A stretch of DNA of 64,000 bases, taken from NCBI GenBank assembly GCA_010909165.1, contig VJWM01000260.1, positions 1 through 64,000 on the forward strand, in the 5' to 3' direction. Origin of the DNA: Anthoceros angustus. Taxonomy: Eukaryota; Plantae; Anthocerotophyta. This document shows positions 61,267 to 64,000 of the stretch, in pieces (the first letter of the stretch is position 1; each line of letters opens with the position of its first letter). The notes below the pieces were generated by a model that did no database searches, was not told the origin of the DNA, and worked only from the letters and a program-made list of their open reading frames with translations. Both the position numbers and the translations under genes were made by a program.

Positions 61267-61965
61267 CCATTTTGGTGTTTACCATCCACTTTTTGCTTAG
61301 CATAGGACATTGTGGTTATCGTGTTCGAGAAGAGTGTGTGAGGGTAAATTGAGGTTTAGAGATGAACCCGATCGATTGCCATGCCGACCATGCGACCATG
61401 GCATGGCAAGTCGGGTCTTCGATACATCTGATGTCGTAAGTACATGCGGATGATTGTGAGCGTATGCTCATATGCATGGGCATAGGGGTGATGGGCATGC
61501 ATGCACCCACACCCGCCATGAGCAGGCATAACGGACCAAGTTTGAGGCCATTTGTGATCACGGCGGGGATTATGGTTTCCTTGAGATCACCGATGGCGTC
61601 ATCTTAAACAAGTTGCCGTGGTGGCGGTGTCTGGCGGCCGGCGAAAGGGATAAAGGGGCAGCAATCGCGAGAAGACGGATTGCGATGTTTGTTCAGTGAG
61701 CAGGGACCATACAGATTCCCATGTAGGCGGTGAATGTAGGGCTTTGGGAGTGAGAAGGGATAGCGGTGAGGATGTTTGGAAGGCGATCAGCGGATGTATG
61801 CTGTGAGTCTCGTCGAATGAGTTTTGCCATTTTGATGTTTACCATCCACTTTTTGCTTAGCATAGGACATTGTCGTTATCGTGTTCGGAAGAAAAGTGTG
61901 AGGGTAAATTGGGTTTAGAGATGAACCCGATCGGTGCCATGCCGACCATCGGCCATGGCGCGACA
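61267..61965 (+). repeat. Element A 3' terminal B1-A2-B2
   Basis: B1 61267-~61399 and B2 61827-61965 (CCATTTTG.TGTTTACCATCCAC...) flank A2 ~61400-61826. Confidence 0.9.
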
Positions 61966-62150
61966 CATCCTCACGCTTGATTTGAACAAAGAAAGCTTCG
62001 ATGGTATCTTGGGTTTGTTGAAGTCCGTAAAGAGGGCTCCCATATGAAGAGAAAATACCATAACGTTGAGACCAAAGCGAAGTTGATGGTCATAACTCTT
62101 GCATCCTACAAGTAATGAACACTTGTGGGATTCTGACCTTCATTCTTCAT
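61966..62150 (-). mobile_element. Degenerate L1-type LINE ORF2, upstream part (right flank of Gypsy A)
   Basis: Minus strand reads ARVMTINFALVSTLWYFLFIW...EAFFVQIKRED, continuing across the TSD into ASANCKNIA in the left flank. Confidence 0.7.
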
Positions 62151-62169
62151 CGAATTGTGTCTGCCTTCC

Positions 62170-62460
62170 CCCTCCAGCGCACGGCCACCAATCTTGCTTA
62201 GTGTTGACTCCAGAATCCTTTCAACTACCACGGGTTTCATATTGCCCTAAGCGTGATGTAATATTTGTTGGCTCACGTTCTTCCCAATGTGCATGGTATC
62301 AATAAATGCCTAATTCATGATAAGACAATATAATATGACAAAAACTATAATAGCGATAAATTAATAATGTATATACTAACAAAAAGAGTTTAAGCAAATA
62401 GTTTTAAACAAAACAAAGGACATGTACCTACCTCCCAATACATAAGATGAGAATATTGTT
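62170..62460 (-). mobile_element. CACTA/En-Spm transposase fragment
   Basis: Minus strand HLMYWE, then an AT-rich intron-like stretch, then IRHLLDTMHIGKNV (frame clearest in the duplicate at ~63890-63935). Resembles Transposase_21 LPYW...RHxLDVMHIEKNV. Confidence 0.6.
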
Positions 62461-62603
62461 ATGATTTTGGTTGCCTGATGGAAATTGTAACTAATCAAGG
62501 CGAATTCAAGAACAACATGATGAGAGGTTTCACAGAGGCATATTCCATCAAGCATAGAATGGCCACTGTAAACCCAATCTCAAAGGGCGGTAGAAAGTAC
62601 AAA

Positions 62604-64000
62604 CAAAGCGTTGTGGTATGAATGTAATGACAGCTCATGTAGTTAAGGGTGTAGATCACGGAGTCCCATAGGAAGTGGTTGGAACGTTTTGGTGGCATGA
62701 CATGTGTCCATACACCCGCTGTATGGGTGGCGCACGATACACAGCCCGGAGCTTTGGAGCACGACAAACCATCAGAGCCTCAATTGCGTGATAGTATGTT
62801 TAGACGATTCTATAGGCGGTTTTACGGTATCTGACGTGCCCAAGTGCTGCCACACCTCGCACGATTGGTGGCAGCAACTTCGGCAGGGGGGCCATTTTGG
62901 TGTTTACCATCCACTTTTTGCTTAGCATAGGACATTGTCGTTATGCTGTGTTCAGGGAAGAGTGTGTGAGGGTGAGGTTTAGAGATGAACCCGATCGATT
63001 GCCATGCCGACCATGCGACCATGGCGCGCCATGTCGGCGGTCTTGATACATCTGATGTCACAGCAAGTACACCGGATGATTGTGGCGTATGCTCATATGC
63101 ATGGGCATAGGGGTGATGGGCATGCGACCACACCCGCCATGAGCAGGCATACAGTAAGTTTGAGGCCGGGTGATCACGCGGGATTATAGTTTCACTTGAG
63201 ATCACCGATGGCGTCATGCGCCCCAAGTTGCCCGTGGCGGTGTCTGGCGCCGGCGAAAGGGATAAAGGCGCAATCCGAGAAGAGACGGATTGCGATGTTC
63301 ATGATAGCAGACGTATGCCCAGGCGGTGAATGTAGGGCTTTGGGAGTGAGAAGGGATAGCGGTGAGGATGTTTGGAAGGCGATCGCGCGGATGTATGCTG
63401 TGAGTCTCGTCGAATGAGTTTTGCCATTTTGATGTTTACCATCCACTTTTTGCTTAGCATAGGACATTGTCGTTATGCTGTGTTCAGGGAAGAGTGTGTG
63501 AGGGTAAATTGAGGTTTAGAGATGAACCCGATCAGTGCCATGCCGACCATGCAGCCATGGCGCGACACATCCTCACGCTTGATTTGAACAAAGAAAGCTT
63601 CAGATGGTATCTTGGAGTTTGTTGAAGTCCGCTAAAGAGGGCTCCCATATGAAGAGAAAATACCATAACGTTGAGACCAAACTGAAGTTGATGGTCATAA
63701 CTCTTGCATCCTACAAGTAATGAACACTTGTAGGATTACAGCCTTTCTGTTCTTCATCAGAATTGTGGTCTCTGCCTTCCCCCCTCCTAGCGCACGGCCA
63801 CCAATCTTGCTTAGTATTTGACTCCACCGAATCCTTTCAACTACCACGGGTTTCATATTGCCCACAAACGTGATGTAATATTTGTTGGCTCACGTTCTTC
63901 CCAATGTGCATGGTATCCAATAAATGCCTAATTCATGATAAGACAATATAATATGACAAAAACTATAATAGCAGTAAATTAATAATGTATATACTAACAA
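62604..64000 (+). repeat. ~1.4-kb duplicate of 60986-62382 (possible assembly overlap)
   Basis: Co-linear copy of the end of B, the 3' end of A, the TSD and the LINE/CACTA flank; differences are mostly indels. Confidence 0.9.

Larger units (their letters stand above)
41891..61965 (+). mobile_element. Gypsy element A (MTase + PHD + 3' ORF, split direct repeats), interrupted by element B at 50101-~61125
   Basis: Starts TGTCATGG, ends GGCGCGACA; 4-bp TSD CATC (41887-41890 and 61966-61969); flanks rejoin as a LINE frame. Protease ~44237-44475, MTase, RT, RNase H, integrase and PHD in that order. Confidence 0.88.

Noticed and set aside
59267-61965. CRISPR array or hammerhead-ribozyme (retrozyme) repeats
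   Set aside because: Units are long with no unique spacers, and I found no CTGANGA...GAAA core in a convincing stem context by eye

Overview
Eukaryotic, intron-containing land-plant DNA. Short 70-165 bp introns, about 50% GC and an nsLTP gene suggest a non-seed plant such as a hornwort or other bryophyte (inference). Repetitive parts carry many small deletions that look like unpolished long-read consensus error, so many frameshifts may be artefacts. Left to right: a giant putatively myristoylated acidic protein with about 12 tandem ~219-aa repeats; an nsLTP; an unknown multipass membrane protein resembling fungal CtvD/AurD; a full-length Copia element with TSD and an extra upstream ORF; a Patched (PTCH1-type, not NPC1-type) gene; a DnaJ13/DNAJC11 pseudogene whose 2.4-kb intron holds a secreted, Ser-less bacterial-type alpha/beta-hydrolase gene; and a VDAC with an N-terminal extension. 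The main discovery is 41.9-62 kb: two related Ty3/Gypsy elements, one nested in the other, the outer one inserted in a LINE. Each carries a C5 cytosine DNA methyltransferase between protease and RT, a PHD finger after the DDE integrase, and a conserved unknown 3' ORF. Instead of normal LTRs they have split direct repeats (A...B-A-B), with TG...CA ends and 4-bp TSDs.
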